Positions 1 to 10,701 are shown, counted from the first letter of the stretch. The stretch: 64,000 nucleotides of DNA from an uncultured Bacilli bacterium (GCA_947628235.1 CANQZC010000001.1:14435-78434); one strand, 5' to 3'. Numbers and translations: made by a program. Notes: a model not told the origin generated them from the sequence alone.

Positions 1-1400
1 TCTTCGATGTTAGGATCCACAATTCCATAAATGGTATCTGGGAAAGGAATTCCAATAGACTCATAGCAGTTCCACTTTCCAGCTGCATAAGTTCCACCAC
101 CACAGTATTCACTCATACCGTGACCTTTTTCTACTTCTGAAGAACTACCATGACTACGAAGCCATTCATGCAATTCTATCTCTTCATTTCTACTCATGGA
201 ATCTCCTCCATAAATAGCTCTCTTAATACATGATAAATTTGTTTTTTTCAAGTAAGAACATTTAGGAAGTGAAGATAACCAAGAAGGTGTTCCTAAAAAG
301 ACATTTGGTTTGTATTTCTTTATTAAATATCCAAACTCATTAATTTCAAACTCTGGTACATCAAATAAATTTGCCCCACTAGCCATATCAATTAAGAAGT
401 TATTGTTAGAACCAAGAGGTGAAAAGAATGGTAATTCGTGAATAACTCTATCACCAACTCCTACATTTACCCCTGCTTTGAAAACTTGTTCTGTCGCAAA
501 AATCTGATTTTTATTAGTTAATGGGATAGGCTTTGGTCTTGCTCCACTCGTTCCTGAAGTGTGTCCAATATAACTAACTAAATTTTCATCTTTAATTTCA
601 GCAAAAGGAACATTTTGACATTCTTTTACCAAATCTTGATAACGGATAATTTCTATTGGAGAAGAAGCTATTGCCTCGTTTAAAGCTACTTTATCTTGCT
701 TCATTCCTTGTATTTTCATAAGTAAAGCCTGATAAAATCTTAACTTTTTAGTCGCATCAGCAGCCATTCTCGCATTTCGTAATTGATTATATTTAATAAC
801 ATCGATTAAATAGTCGATAATTCCCCGAATAGTCATAGAGTCGCTAGCAGAAACGACAATAATATTTTGAATTCCAAAATCTTTTAACTCATTTTCTATT
901 GGTTTTAACATAGCAGTATAGCAGCGATCTAACGCTACAATGTAATTTGCTTGTTCAAACCGAATCATCTCTAAAACTTTTTTCGCATTTGCTAATAAAT
1001 CCATGCTATCTGGTCTAGGATCTGCAAAATCCACAATCGCACCAATTTGAGATGCCCCTAACCAAATATTTCCACTTTCTGGAATATTAGGCATCAAAGT
1101 AAATAAAATATCCCCTTGTTTTACTCCTAACCCCGTAAGAGCACGAGAAGCACTATCTACTCTACTAAATGTTTCTTCAAAAGAAATCTTCCTTGTATAA
1201 TAGGTTTCAGCTGTCATCTTTTCTAATCCGACCGTTTTTTGTCTAAGGTAGTCGGCTATATTTGTATTTGGTAAAAACATTTTGTAAGTTCTATCTGCAT
1301 AGTAAGTCATCCAAGGCTTTGTTTGATGAACGCCTAATGATTCCATCTTAGATTGATTTACCTCTAAATTTTTAATCATTTCTATTTCCCCCTTTGTCAT
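1..1400 (-). CDS. adenylate-forming enzyme, phenylacetate-CoA ligase (PaaK/CapK)-like; C-terminus runs off window
   Basis: Open minus-strand frame from ATG at 1400 (MTKGEIEMIKNLEV...). It carries the AMP-binding signature SYIGHTSGTSGARPKP. It is absent from the ORF track because it is truncated at the window edge. Confidence 0.5.
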   Translation of the reverse strand, partial: MTKGEIEMIKNLEVNQSKMESLGVHQTKPWMTYYADRTYKMFLPNTNIADYLRQKTVGLEKMTAETYYTRKISFEETFSRVDSASRALTGLGVKQGDILFTLMPNIPESGNIWLGASQIGAIVDFADPRPDSMDLLANAKKVLEMIRFEQANYIVALDRCYTAMLKPIENELKDFGIQNIIVVSASDSMTIRGIIDYLIDVIKYNQLRNARMAADATKKLRFYQALLMKIQGMKQDKVALNEAIASSPIEIIRYQDLVKECQNVPFAEIKDENLVSYIGHTSGTSGARPKPIPLTNKNQIFATEQVFKAGVNVGVGDRVIHELPFFSPLGSNNNFLIDMASGANLFDVPEFEINEFGYLIKKYKPNVFLGTPSWLSSLPKCSYLKKTNLSCIKRAIYGGDSMSRNEEIELHEWLRSHGSSSEVEKGHGMSEYCGGGTYAAGKWNCYESIGIPFPDTIYGIVDPNIE

Positions 1401-1530
1401 TCCTGTATTCTAACATATATTTTTTGAAGTTGCAACTTTTTTTCTGTAAAGCAAAAGTATTTTTTATCAAAAATATAGATTTCAAACAAGTTTTTTGTTA
1501 TAATCTTACTAGAATTGAAGGAGGATGTTC

Positions 1531-1810
1531 GATGGGACTTTTTGATCGAGTAGTTAACAATGTCGTAGGAAGTATGAGTCGTTCTGCTGGACAAGCAATT
1601 GGAAACGCTGTTGGAAATGCCGTTGGAAATATGGCTGGTGAAGGGGTTAATTCTATCACTACCGATATGAAAATCAAAAATGAAGAAAAATTAATGGATT
1701 TAGCAGAAAGACAAAAAGAAGAAAATCTTCCACCTCATTGTCCACATTGTAATGCACCTACAAATAAAAAACTTGTTTGTGAATACTGTGGTTGTAAAAT
1801 CGTAGAATAA
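1531..1810 (+). CDS. small Gly-rich protein with C-terminal CPHC...CEYC zinc ribbon
   Basis: RBS GGAGGAtgttcg sits just upstream of ATG 1531. Upstream is an extended -10 TGtTATAAT (~1495-1503). The C-terminus is C-x2-C ... C-x2-C. The longer track ORF from 1394 covers the promoter. Confidence 0.5.
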
Positions 1811-1840
1811 AAGATGCCAAATTGGCATCTTTTTTTTATA
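1811..1840 (+). terminator. rho-independent terminator
   Basis: Hairpin ATGCCAaattTGGCAT followed by T8. Confidence 0.7.
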
Positions 1841-2753
1841 CAATTATTTTTCTTTTCTCTGGTTGTTGATATTGCTGGTTTGCTTGTTTTACTCTCCTAC
1901 TTTTCCAAGTATCGTCCCAAGGTCGTACATAAAAGAGAGTATGTTCATAATACCGTGTTAAATTTTGATAAGAAGTAACAATTTCTTCACTAGGAATTCC
2001 TCTTGTATACCCAAGCATATCATTACTTAAATAAGAATCGTGACTCTCTACAAATTTTACCATCTTCGAAGGATTACTACCATCATAGTTTCCTAATACA
2101 TTCATATAATTACAATATTCATCTATGACATTGCGGTTTTCCTCAAAGATAACTTCCCCATAAAGGAATAGACCATACATTTTTAATCGATAGATAAGAT
2201 TTGGCCAGAAGCGGTATCCTTCACTTGGAAGTCCAATAGACTTTGCCGCATCAAAGCGAAATCCAGTTACTCCACAATCGATAAGTTCATTTAAGAAAGT
2301 AACAATATGATCTTCAATCTCCTGATGATAAACATTTAAGCCTGGTAAATTCATACAATTATGAATGACTTCTCTTCTATCTTTCCAATTGTATACTCTT
2401 CTTTTTGGTCTCCAAAACTCCTCACGAGAGCGTAGAACTGGATTAACCTTAGGATGGGGAGTTAAATCATCAGAAACAGAAGCTCCCATATGATTAATAA
2501 CGACATCGGCAAAAATTCTAACTCCTATTTGATTTGCCTGCTCACATAACTTTTGTAAATCTTCTTTCGTTCCAAAATAATTTCCAATTGCAAAATCGAT
2601 TGGTTGATAAGACATCCACCATTCTCTTAATCCATCCTCTTTTAAAGGTTGAATGGGATTAATCTGAATCGCGTCAAAGCCTTGTTCTTTGACCTCACTT
2701 AAAGTAGGGATAATATCTAGTAGTCGCCAATTAAAAAAATGAATTATTCTCAT
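1836..2753 (-). CDS. GH13 alpha-amylase family glycoside hydrolase (short, catalytic domain only)
   Basis: Motifs GFRFDAAKSI, GEV and FVESHD match GH13 regions II-IV. Start is taken at MRIIHFF, which has RBS AGGAGAA. Confidence 0.6.
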   Translation of the reverse strand: MRIIHFFNWRLLDIIPTLSEVKEQGFDAIQINPIQPLKEDGLREWWMSYQPIDFAIGNYFGTKEDLQKLCEQANQIGVRIFADVVINHMGASVSDDLTPHPKVNPVLRSREEFWRPKRRVYNWKDRREVIHNCMNLPGLNVYHQEIEDHIVTFLNELIDCGVTGFRFDAAKSIGLPSEGYRFWPNLIYRLKMYGLFLYGEVIFEENRNVIDEYCNYMNVLGNYDGSNPSKMVKFVESHDSYLSNDMLGYTRGIPSEEIVTSYQNLTRYYEHTLFYVRPWDDTWKSRRVKQANQQYQQPEKRKIIV

Positions 2754-2828
2754 AGCATCTATTCTCCTACTTTCATTATAACAAAAGGAATTCAAAAACA
2801 AAAGAAAAAAAGTTCTTTTCAAACTTTT

Positions 2829-3395
2829 TTACTCTGAAATTTCTAATTTTTGGAAATCTTTTTCTAATCTTTCCTCTTCTAACTCTAAAAGAGTTTCCCT
2901 CTTTTCAATATCTCTTTCTTGTTTTAAGAAGTCTTTCTTTTTCATGTTCTCTTGAAAATAACTTTGTTCTAACTCTTCTAATTCTTGATCTAATTCTTTT
3001 TCTTGAAGTTCGATATCTGCTTCTTTTTGATAAATCGTCTTTAAACGATTACTAAGATTCGTCTTTCTATGAAGTTTTATTTTCTCTAAATCCATATCCT
3101 CTTGAATGTTATATTCTTCTTTTAATGTTGTTCTTCCTGCCATTTCTTCTTGATAATTCGTACGCAATGTTTGAACTTTCTCTTGAAGTTCTTTTTTTGT
3201 TATCTTTTCTTCCTCAAAATCTTGATAGAGACCTTTTAATTCTTGATAAAAATCTGCTCTTTTTGTAAAATAGGTCCTATTCTCTTGATGATAAGATACA
3301 TAATCGATTCTTGGAACATTTTGATAAGCACTATAAATGGCTACTCCAATCACAACCAATATGATAAATACTATGAATCCATATGCCTTTTTCAT
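2829..3395 (-). CDS. hypothetical membrane-anchored coiled-coil protein
   Basis: N-terminal TM segment followed by a Glu/Lys-rich coiled coil; long ORF. Confidence 0.45.
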   Translation of the reverse strand: MKKAYGFIVFIILVVIGVAIYSAYQNVPRIDYVSYHQENRTYFTKRADFYQELKGLYQDFEEEKITKKELQEKVQTLRTNYQEEMAGRTTLKEEYNIQEDMDLEKIKLHRKTNLSNRLKTIYQKEADIELQEKELDQELEELEQSYFQENMKKKDFLKQERDIEKRETLLELEEERLEKDFQKLEISE

Positions 3396-3442
3396 ATACT
3401 ACCCTCATTTCCCCTTAAGTATATACCAAATAAAATATTTTT

Positions 3443-3696
3443 TCAATCTAATTTCATAATACTAGTATCTTCGCCAGGACTCCACATTTTAAAATACCCT
3501 TTTCTTTTCTCTATCGTTTTCATAATAGTAACTCGATATCCTAATCCAAAATATTCTACATGGTTAGAGTTCTTTTCGACAGGAATCGAAAAAATAGGTC
3601 GAATCGCCAGTTTTGATAATGTATAATCCGTTACAAAAACAATTCCATATAGTACAATTCCTACTAACAATACGATTTTCCACTTTTTCTTTTTCA
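3443..3696 (-). CDS. hypothetical small membrane protein
   Basis: Start at MKKKKWKIVLL with RBS AAAGAGGTG; single TM segment. Confidence 0.4.
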
Positions 3697-3772
3697 TCCT
3701 ACACCTCTTTTTTATTATAGTAAAAAGTCCTTGAAATTTCAACTAATTTTAAAAGGTTATAGGAAAGAAAAT

Positions 3773-4843
3773 TTATTTTGTATATCGCGAGATATTTAAA
3801 ACAATTCCCATACTAGCAAGCGTAATTAGAAGACTAGATCCACCGTAAGAAAGAAATGGTAAAGTAACCCCCGTAACCGGGATTAATCCAACTACTACCA
3901 TGAGGTTCATAAGAGTTTGAAACGAAAAACAAAATAAAATTCCAAAACAGAGATATTTTCCAAAAGGATCTTCCATTTTTAAAGCGATTTTCATTCCTGT
4001 TACGATAATTAGCAAAAAGAAGAAGGTAACAAGTAAGATGCCTACAAATCCAAATTCTTCACTGATAATAGAGAAAATAAAATCTGTTTGAGGTTCTGGT
4101 AGATAAAAATGTTTTTGAATAGAATTTCCAAAACCCAATCCGAAAAGTCCTCCTGGTCCAATCGCATAAAGAGACTGAATCATTTGAAAGCCACTTCCTA
4201 ATGGATCTTTCCACGGATCTAGAAAAGATAAGATACGCGCTAAACGATAAGGAGCTACCGCAATTAATCCTACTACTCCCCCTACTCCTAAAATTCCTAA
4301 TTTGAAAAGAAAAGAAAAATTCATTCCTGCCACAAAAAGAATTCCTAAAATAGACATGACAAGAATAGTTCCTGTTCCAAAATCTGGTTGTAGCATAATG
4401 AGTCCAAAAAGAAACAATGTAAAAAGTAAAATGGGAAGAATTCGTTTATGATTGGTTAAATATTTGGAAGTAAAAATAATGAGTCCTAACTTAGTAAATT
4501 CACTCGGTTGAATTCCTAAAGAACCAATCCCAAACCAACTTCTACTTCCATTTCGTACGGTTCCAATTCCTGGAATTAATACCAAAACTAAAAGAAGAAG
4601 GCAAATTCCAATAATGGTATTCGCATATCGATAATAGAAACGATATGGTACTTTACTTAAAAGAGCCATTAAGAAAAAACCGATAAGAAGAAAAATTCCT
4701 TGGTTTTTCACATAGTAAAAAGCATCTTGATATTTATATTCTGCCCAAATAGAGGAAGCAGAATAGATCATAACTAGTCCAAAAAGAGATAAGAAAAAAA
4801 TACTAATCACTAATAGCCACTCTACTTTTCCTTTCATATCCAC
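3773..4843 (-). CDS. ftsW: SEDS-family peptidoglycan glycosyltransferase (FtsW/RodA/SpoVE)
   Basis: Polytopic 356 aa protein with SEDS-like motifs (GxxGxxF, SYGGSS at the C-terminus). It overlaps the mraY stop, consistent with dcw order. Confidence 0.75.
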   Translation of the reverse strand: MDMKGKVEWLLVISIFFLSLFGLVMIYSASSIWAEYKYQDAFYYVKNQGIFLLIGFFLMALLSKVPYRFYYRYANTIIGICLLLLVLVLIPGIGTVRNGSRSWFGIGSLGIQPSEFTKLGLIIFTSKYLTNHKRILPILLFTLFLFGLIMLQPDFGTGTILVMSILGILFVAGMNFSFLFKLGILGVGGVVGLIAVAPYRLARILSFLDPWKDPLGSGFQMIQSLYAIGPGGLFGLGFGNSIQKHFYLPEPQTDFIFSIISEEFGFVGILLVTFFFLLIIVTGMKIALKMEDPFGKYLCFGILFCFSFQTLMNLMVVVGLIPVTGVTLPFLSYGGSSLLITLASMGIVLNISRYTK

Positions 4844-5868
4844 ACTCCAAAGACAAGGGATATTAAACTAGCAAATAATCCGATAATCCAAAAGATTTTG
4901 ACAACTTCTCTTTCCGGTAAGATTCTTTCCAAGGTATGATGAATAGGAGTGATTGGAAAAAGTCTTTTATGGGTCCATTTATAGTAAGTTCGTTGAAGAA
5001 GACAAGTGATTGTTTCTATTACAAATACAATTCCTATCAAAATGAATAAAACTTCATGACGAGTTAAAATTGCTACTATCCCTAGAGTAGCGCCTAACGC
5101 TAAGGAACCTGTATCCCCCATAAATATTTTGGCGGGATAACTATTAAAGAATAAAAATCCTACTAAAGATCCTACTAAAGTAAAAATAAAAATAGAAATT
5201 TCTTGATATCCTTCTAACCACCCTGTCATCATAGTAATAACCCCAAAGGTAAAAAGAGCAATGATAGAAAGACCGGCAGCTAAACCATCTAAGCCATCGG
5301 TAATATTCACAGCATTACTACTACTGACTAGTACTAATAAAATAAAAAGGCCATAGAAAAATCCAATATTCCATTTCATATGAAGAGTATGAATCCAAAG
5401 TAAAGGTTCGTTTCCTGCTTTCATAAAAAAATAAAAAAGAAAGATAGCCATCACTACTTGCCAAAACAATTTTGTAGTCTCTGATAATCCTTTATTATTT
5501 TTTCGATAAATGATTAAGTAATCATCAACAAGGCCAATGAAAGCATATCCCACAAAAGCAAAAAGTACCATAAATAAATGATAACTCATCGTTATTTTAT
5601 GAAGAAAAACTAAAGATGCAATATAAACGATGGTCGGTAAAATAAAAAAGAGACCTCCCATCGTCGGAGTAGAACTTTTCAACTTATGTTTTTCTTCTAA
5701 ATAGATACTTAGTCTTTGATTCCAATTTTTTTCATGTAAAATAGGTAATAGTAAAAATCCTGTGAGAAGTGATAATAGTAATCCAATCATCATAGAAAGA
5801 ATACATTTTATTCCCAGTAGCATGAAATCACCTACTCTACTATATTCGGAATTCTCTTTAAAATACAC
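4834..5868 (-). CDS. mraY: phospho-N-acetylmuramoyl-pentapeptide transferase
   Basis: Motifs NAVNITDGLDGLA and MGDTGSLALG. The true start may be the internal MLLGIK (~5823). Confidence 0.85.
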   Translation of the reverse strand: MYFKENSEYSRVGDFMLLGIKCILSMMIGLLLSLLTGFLLLPILHEKNWNQRLSIYLEEKHKLKSSTPTMGGLFFILPTIVYIASLVFLHKITMSYHLFMVLFAFVGYAFIGLVDDYLIIYRKNNKGLSETTKLFWQVVMAIFLFYFFMKAGNEPLLWIHTLHMKWNIGFFYGLFILLVLVSSSNAVNITDGLDGLAAGLSIIALFTFGVITMMTGWLEGYQEISIFIFTLVGSLVGFLFFNSYPAKIFMGDTGSLALGATLGIVAILTRHEVLFILIGIVFVIETITCLLQRTYYKWTHKRLFPITPIHHTLERILPEREVVKIFWIIGLFASLISLVFGVWI

Positions 5869-5879
5869 AAAAAAAGAGT

Positions 5880-6356
5880 TTATTCACTCTTTTTCTTACG
5901 ACTTTTTCGAGGAGTCTCTTTTTCTTTCTCTGGGGTATTCTCTTCTACCTTTTCTTCTGTCTCTTCTTTTTCTACTTCAATGGTTTCGATTTGAACAGGT
6001 TCTTCTTCTAAGAAAGTGGAAGGAGAAGTTTTTACCACCACATAATGGGTATTTTGAAATACCATAACAATGAGTAATCCAACGATGAGAATTCCTAATA
6101 ATACATAGTCAAAGAAGTCTCTTGTATCCTTTAAAACTAATCGATAGTAGAATTCTTCAAAGAGATTTCTCTTTTCTACTTTTTCTTCCGTTTGAGAAGA
6201 AGTAAGTAGTTGTTGAGGTGTACTCGCCTCGACTGGTATTACTACCATATTCATACATAAAAAGATTCCTACAAATACATACATTAATTTCTTCATAACC
6301 AATACACTCCCTAATACCCTATATACATTATACAAAATTTTATTTTCCTTTTTCAA
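5880..6356 (-). CDS. hypothetical membrane protein with acidic C-terminus
   Basis: ORF with signal/TM segment; no recognisable motif. Confidence 0.4.
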   Translation of the reverse strand: MKKENKILYNVYRVLGSVLVMKKLMYVFVGIFLCMNMVVIPVEASTPQQLLTSSQTEEKVEKRNLFEEFYYRLVLKDTRDFFDYVLLGILIVGLLIVMVFQNTHYVVVKTSPSTFLEEEPVQIETIEVEKEETEEKVEENTPEKEKETPRKSRKKKSE

Positions 6357-6385
6357 GTCTTTTCTATTTATTTTTCAAGTTTCTA

Positions 6386-7387
6386 TCATTTCTCTTGATC
6401 ATATTCATCAAAGACATTTCCAATGACCTCTTCAATAATATCTTCTAAAGTAACAATTCCTATCCAAGTATCATTAGACATCACTTTAGCCATCGGTTCA
6501 TATTTTTGATTTAAAAGAAGAAAAGCATCATCAATAATCATCTCTTTCGAAATCGCTAAACAAGGACGAATATAACGAGATAATGAAAAGTTCTCTTCCC
6601 TTTTTAACATCAAAAGATCTTTTACATTTAAAATGCCAACAATCTCTCCATGATCAGTCACTGGAAAACGAGTATATCTTGTCTCTCTAATGATTCGAAG
6701 TAATTCTTCCTTTCCGGCTGAAAGTGGTAAGGTAATGGCTTCCTCTTTGGGAGTCATGACTTTCTCAACAGTCGTATCATTAAATTCAAAGACACGAAGC
6801 AACATCTTTTTTTCTAATTCTTCTAAATTAGCGTCCACAATAGAATTTTTGACATCTTCCTCTTCTTCTTTTTGTTTCTTATGAACTCCTGCAAGTTTTA
6901 AAATTCCTTTCGTAGAAGCATCTAAAATATAGATAAATGGTTTAAAGAAGACAAGGACAAAATAGATGACATTAACCATACGAAAAGCAATTTGTTTAGA
7001 ATAAGTAAGTCCTAATTCTTTAGGAACAAGTTCTCCAAATACCAAAGTAAAATAAGAAAGAATAATCGTAATTATAACTACTAAGAGATTGGTAAGAACT
7101 TCTACACTTACCCAGGAAAGGGAAAGAGAACTAGCAATCTCACTAGCAAAACTTTCCGTCGCAAACGCACTCGCTAAAAAACCAGATAAGGTAATCACAA
7201 TTTGAATGGCTGATAAAAAAGTACTAGAATTTTCCATCAATTTTAAAATACGATAGGCTTTTTTATTCTTCTTTTTTAATTCCTTGCTTAATTCATATTT
7301 GTTAAATGATAAAAAAGCCATCTCGGTTGCCGAAAAAACGCCATTGATAAAGATTAAAAGCAGTAATATAGCTATTTTTAAAATCAT
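6386..7387 (-). CDS. CNNM/TlyC-type transporter-associated protein (DUF21 + CBS pair)
   Basis: N-terminal 4-TM DUF21-like region followed by a CBS-pair-like region (PVTDHGEIVGILNVKDLL). Confidence 0.6.
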   Translation of the reverse strand: MILKIAILLLLIFINGVFSATEMAFLSFNKYELSKELKKKNKKAYRILKLMENSSTFLSAIQIVITLSGFLASAFATESFASEIASSLSLSWVSVEVLTNLLVVIITIILSYFTLVFGELVPKELGLTYSKQIAFRMVNVIYFVLVFFKPFIYILDASTKGILKLAGVHKKQKEEEEDVKNSIVDANLEELEKKMLLRVFEFNDTTVEKVMTPKEEAITLPLSAGKEELLRIIRETRYTRFPVTDHGEIVGILNVKDLLMLKREENFSLSRYIRPCLAISKEMIIDDAFLLLNQKYEPMAKVMSNDTWIGIVTLEDIIEEVIGNVFDEYDQEK

Positions 7388-7442
7388 AAGTCTCCTACTT
7401 TCTTTTTTCCATTATAACATAAAAAGAAAGAGGACAAAAGAA

Positions 7443-8468
7443 TTATCCTAGATAAAGGCGAACAATTTCGCCATCTGCTAATTTCGTCCCTGCTTTGGGA
7501 GATTGATAACGAACGATTCCTTCTCCTTCGTACTCTACTTTAAAAGGTTTTAAATTCTTTACTGCTTCTTTTAATTCTTGACCTATCACGGATGGTACTT
7601 CACTATAAGTTTTATCTAAATAGACGAATTCTTTTTCAATTTCATCTTTCTGTTCAGGAATTTCTAAAATAGGAATAGCGGATAAGAGAAAGTTTTTAGC
7701 AATCGGTGCTGCTACTGTTCCTCCATATTGACTTACTCCTTTGGCGTTATCGACAGCGATATAAACAATAATTTCAGGATGATTCGCTGGAAGAAAGCCG
7801 ATAAAAGAAGTGATATAATTTCCTTGTAAATACTTTCCATTGACAGCCTTTTGAGCCGTTCCTGTCTTTCCCCCTACCCGATATCCAGGAATATAGGCAT
7901 TATGTCCAGTTCCTCGCGCAACGACACTTTCTAAGGCATATCTTACTTTTTCACTAGTATCTTCACTAATGACTTTGCGCACAATCTTCTCTTGATGGGA
8001 ACTGATAACTTGATTGGTCTCTGGGTCATTTAGACTTTCTACAAGATAAGGTTGATATAAAATTCCACCGTTAATAGCCGCACTTACGGCTGTAATCTGT
8101 TGTAGCGCGGTTACCGATACGCCCTGTCCAAATGCTGTGGTTGCGACCTCTAAGTCACCAATTTTATCTTCCTCAAATAGAATGCCACTCGATTCTCCCG
8201 AAAGTTCAATTCCCGTCTTGGTTCCAAATCCAAAGTTTTTAATATACGAAAATAGTTTCTCTTTCCCAAGGCGAAGTCCTAAATTGACAAACCCCGTATT
8301 ACAAGAATTCTCGACAACTTCTAAATAGGTTTCTAATCCATGTCCCCCATGTTTCCAACAATGTAGTTTTGCGCCTTCGACTGTAATAACCCCCGTATCT
8401 TGATGCGTATCTTTTAAAAGGTCTACGGTCTTTTCTTCTAAAGATGCTGCTAAGGTAATGATTTTAAA
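7443..8468 (-). CDS. spoVD: spoVD-like class B PBP, C-terminal fragment (transpeptidase distal part + one PASTA); gene interrupted by intervening element
   Basis: Resumes at ..GTFKIITLAASLEE.. with KTG(T) motif and a PASTA domain. Reading frame continues from the N-terminal fragment at 12038-12920 across TTTAAA. Confidence 0.8.
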   Translation of the reverse strand, partial: FKIITLAASLEEKTVDLLKDTHQDTGVITVEGAKLHCWKHGGHGLETYLEVVENSCNTGFVNLGLRLGKEKLFSYIKNFGFGTKTGIELSGESSGILFEEDKIGDLEVATTAFGQGVSVTALQQITAVSAAINGGILYQPYLVESLNDPETNQVISSHQEKIVRKVISEDTSEKVRYALESVVARGTGHNAYIPGYRVGGKTGTAQKAVNGKYLQGNYITSFIGFLPANHPEIIVYIAVDNAKGVSQYGGTVAAPIAKNFLLSAIPILEIPEQKDEIEKEFVYLDKTYSEVPSVIGQELKEAVKNLKPFKVEYEGEGIVRYQSPKAGTKLADGEIVRLYLG

Positions 8469-8605
8469 TGTACCTACCATTTTGGCACATAAAAGGATAA
8501 GCACTATCTACTTATCCTCTAATTCAAAATTTAACATTTCCATTCATCCCTTCAAGTTTCAAGTACATATTTATTTCACCATAAAGTAATAAAAAAATAA
8601 GCCTA

Positions 8606-10345
8606 CTACAATGATTCAACATAAACATTGTAAGTAAACTTATTTAATTTTCTATCTATTCTTAAAGTTTCTGTACTAACATATTCCTGATCTAATAAAT
8701 AAAGAGCATCGTTATCTATTGGACCATCTATATGTCTAGCACCTTTCCTTTTAGGTAATTCCTTGCCGAGTAAGTTAAGGTATATATCTAATTTGATATG
8801 ATATCTATCATCCTCTATTTTGTATACCATTATCTCATCCACAAACTTTCTTATAAAATCTTCTAAGGAATCACCATCTAGTTCCTCTTGAATAGAATTC
8901 GTTATCTTTTCAATATTGTTTTTACTTTGACTGAATATATTCCTTTGTTCTAATATTTTTTCACGCTTTTTCGTTAAATTTTGAATGTCTTTTTCAAATT
9001 GTTCAAATTGAAATTTCAATTCCTCTCTTCTTAGTTCGCCTGTAAATACCAAATCTAAAGCCATCATCTTTTTACTTTCCACCCGTTTTAACTGTTCATC
9101 AATATCGTGAAGTAGAGAGTCATATTGATTAGTCTGATCTATACTTTGATATAATTTAAGCATACTATCTATCATTTTATTTTCCTCAGGCATAATACTA
9201 CTCATTATCTGCTTAAATATGTTGTATAAATCAGATTCTGCCATAATGGGAGATGCACAAGCACCCAGTCTATATTGTAAATAAAGACCACAACTCCAAG
9301 TAGGTCGATTTTTTCTTCTACTTCCATGTGACCTTTGAAAATTTGTATGATGTTCCCCACAATATATCTTTGATGAAAAAGGATATTTAACACTACCAGA
9401 CCAATAATGATTGTTTTGGTAACTCTTTCTTCTAGCATCTAAAATCTCATTGGCCTTATCCCATAATTCCTCTGATACGATGGCTGGAACACTACCATCC
9501 TCACACCTATATAGCACTTGCTCCTCTTTTTCATTTTTCTTTCTTTTCTTTGTCCTATAATCCAATATCTCATATGTTCTTGCCCGATAAAATCCTTTAT
9601 ACTTTGGATTTTGTATCATTCTTTTAAGAGAATCTTTATCATATAATCTTCCCTTTTTATTAAGATATCCCTCATCAGATAATTTCTTAGCTAGTTTATA
9701 AAAACCATATTTACCAGTGGCATATAGTTCAAATAACTTTCTTATCATCTTTGCTTCTTCTTCTACAATCACTAGTTTGCAATTCTCTTTTTGATAACCC
9801 GTTATATTGGAGGAACCAAGTACATGGCCTTGACTGATTGCTTTACGATATCCAAATTTCACACTTGCTGAAATCTTTTTGGATTCTTCTTGGGCAATAT
9901 TAAACAAGATATTCAGTGTTAATTCAGAGTTTGGATCAAAGGTATTCAGAGATTGGTTTTCGAAGAATATACCAACACCACATTCTTTTAATTTTCGAAT
10001 GTAGTGAATACTATCTTCTAAATCACGAGCAAATCTTGATACATCCTTTGTAATAATCAAATCAAACTTATTTAATTTCGCATCGCTAATCATTTTCATA
10101 AATGATGGGCGTTTATCTGCTCTTGTACCAGTAACACCTTCCTCAACATAGCCATCAACAAAAGTCCATTCTTTTTTACTTTTGATGTAGTTATCATAAT
10201 AATCTAGTTGATTGTCTAAGGAATTCAGTTGAACATCACTATCTGTTGATACACGACAATAATAAGTAACGCGTAATGGAAGATGATATATTTTTTCACC
10301 ACGACTTATTGCACTTACAACATCGTAATAATTCATAATATTCAC
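8606..10345 (-). CDS. large serine recombinase (SpoIVCA/SprA-like)
   Basis: Resolvase catalytic region YYCRVSTDSDVQ. Also has a recombinase domain, a Cys-rich zinc ribbon (CGEHH...WSCG) and a C-terminal coiled coil. Total length 579 aa. Confidence 0.85.
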   Translation of the reverse strand: MNIMNYYDVVSAISRGEKIYHLPLRVTYYCRVSTDSDVQLNSLDNQLDYYDNYIKSKKEWTFVDGYVEEGVTGTRADKRPSFMKMISDAKLNKFDLIITKDVSRFARDLEDSIHYIRKLKECGVGIFFENQSLNTFDPNSELTLNILFNIAQEESKKISASVKFGYRKAISQGHVLGSSNITGYQKENCKLVIVEEEAKMIRKLFELYATGKYGFYKLAKKLSDEGYLNKKGRLYDKDSLKRMIQNPKYKGFYRARTYEILDYRTKKRKKNEKEEQVLYRCEDGSVPAIVSEELWDKANEILDARRKSYQNNHYWSGSVKYPFSSKIYCGEHHTNFQRSHGSRRKNRPTWSCGLYLQYRLGACASPIMAESDLYNIFKQIMSSIMPEENKMIDSMLKLYQSIDQTNQYDSLLHDIDEQLKRVESKKMMALDLVFTGELRREELKFQFEQFEKDIQNLTKKREKILEQRNIFSQSKNNIEKITNSIQEELDGDSLEDFIRKFVDEIMVYKIEDDRYHIKLDIYLNLLGKELPKRKGARHIDGPIDNDALYLLDQEYVSTETLRIDRKLNKFTYNVYVESL

Positions 10346-10364
10346 CGCCTTAGTTACAATTCTT

Positions 10365-10517
10365 TATGCTGCTTGTAATGTTTTCATCATCTTCAATAGT
10401 TTTTCATTGGCTTTGGTAAATGTATTCTCGTCAATAACATTTCTTTTATATAAGTTATGGTTAATGATAATTTGGACTTGTAATTCTGTTATAGTATTTA
10501 TTTTCATTTGATTCATC
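10365..10517 (-). CDS. small basic protein (50 aa) immediately upstream of recombinase; candidate recombination directionality factor
   Basis: MNQMKINTITELQVQIIINHNLYKRNVIDENTFTKANEKLLKMMKTLQAA with RBS AAAGGA. It is below the track's size cutoff. Confidence 0.3.
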
Positions 10518-10701
10518 CTTTCTTTTCTTCAACATCGCTTAATCGTATGTTTTAAACCATTAGAATATGATAAGTTGACAATCGAAGGCATAATAAAACA
10601 AAGATATATTTCACTCTTTGTTCATCCTTATAATTACTAATCATATGGTATCTACATTTTCAAACGGTACGCCTCTATTTAGAAAAAAAGAGGAAATTGC
10701 T

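Noticed and set aside
1394-1530. Long version (138 aa) of the zinc-ribbon small protein starting at 1394
   Set aside because: The upstream portion overlaps the PaaK-like gene start and contains the promoter (-10 TGtTATAAT). A good RBS directly precedes the internal ATG at 1531.
5762-6067. Antisense or overlapping track ORFs at 1397-1594, 3243-3626, 5762-6067, 6690-6884, 8137-8328, 9205-9438, 17142-17342, 18782-19126, 19428-19685, 25518-25859, 33200-33532, 35046-35318, 52039-52904, 54278-54734, 55427-55639, 55957-56229, 56555-56743, 56950-57642, 58369-58833, 60287-60469, 62540-62755 and 63453-63885
   Set aside because: All lie inside, and antisense or out-of-frame to, much longer ORFs with recognisable products. 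They have no RBS and are low-complexity shadow translations of AT-rich coding sequence.
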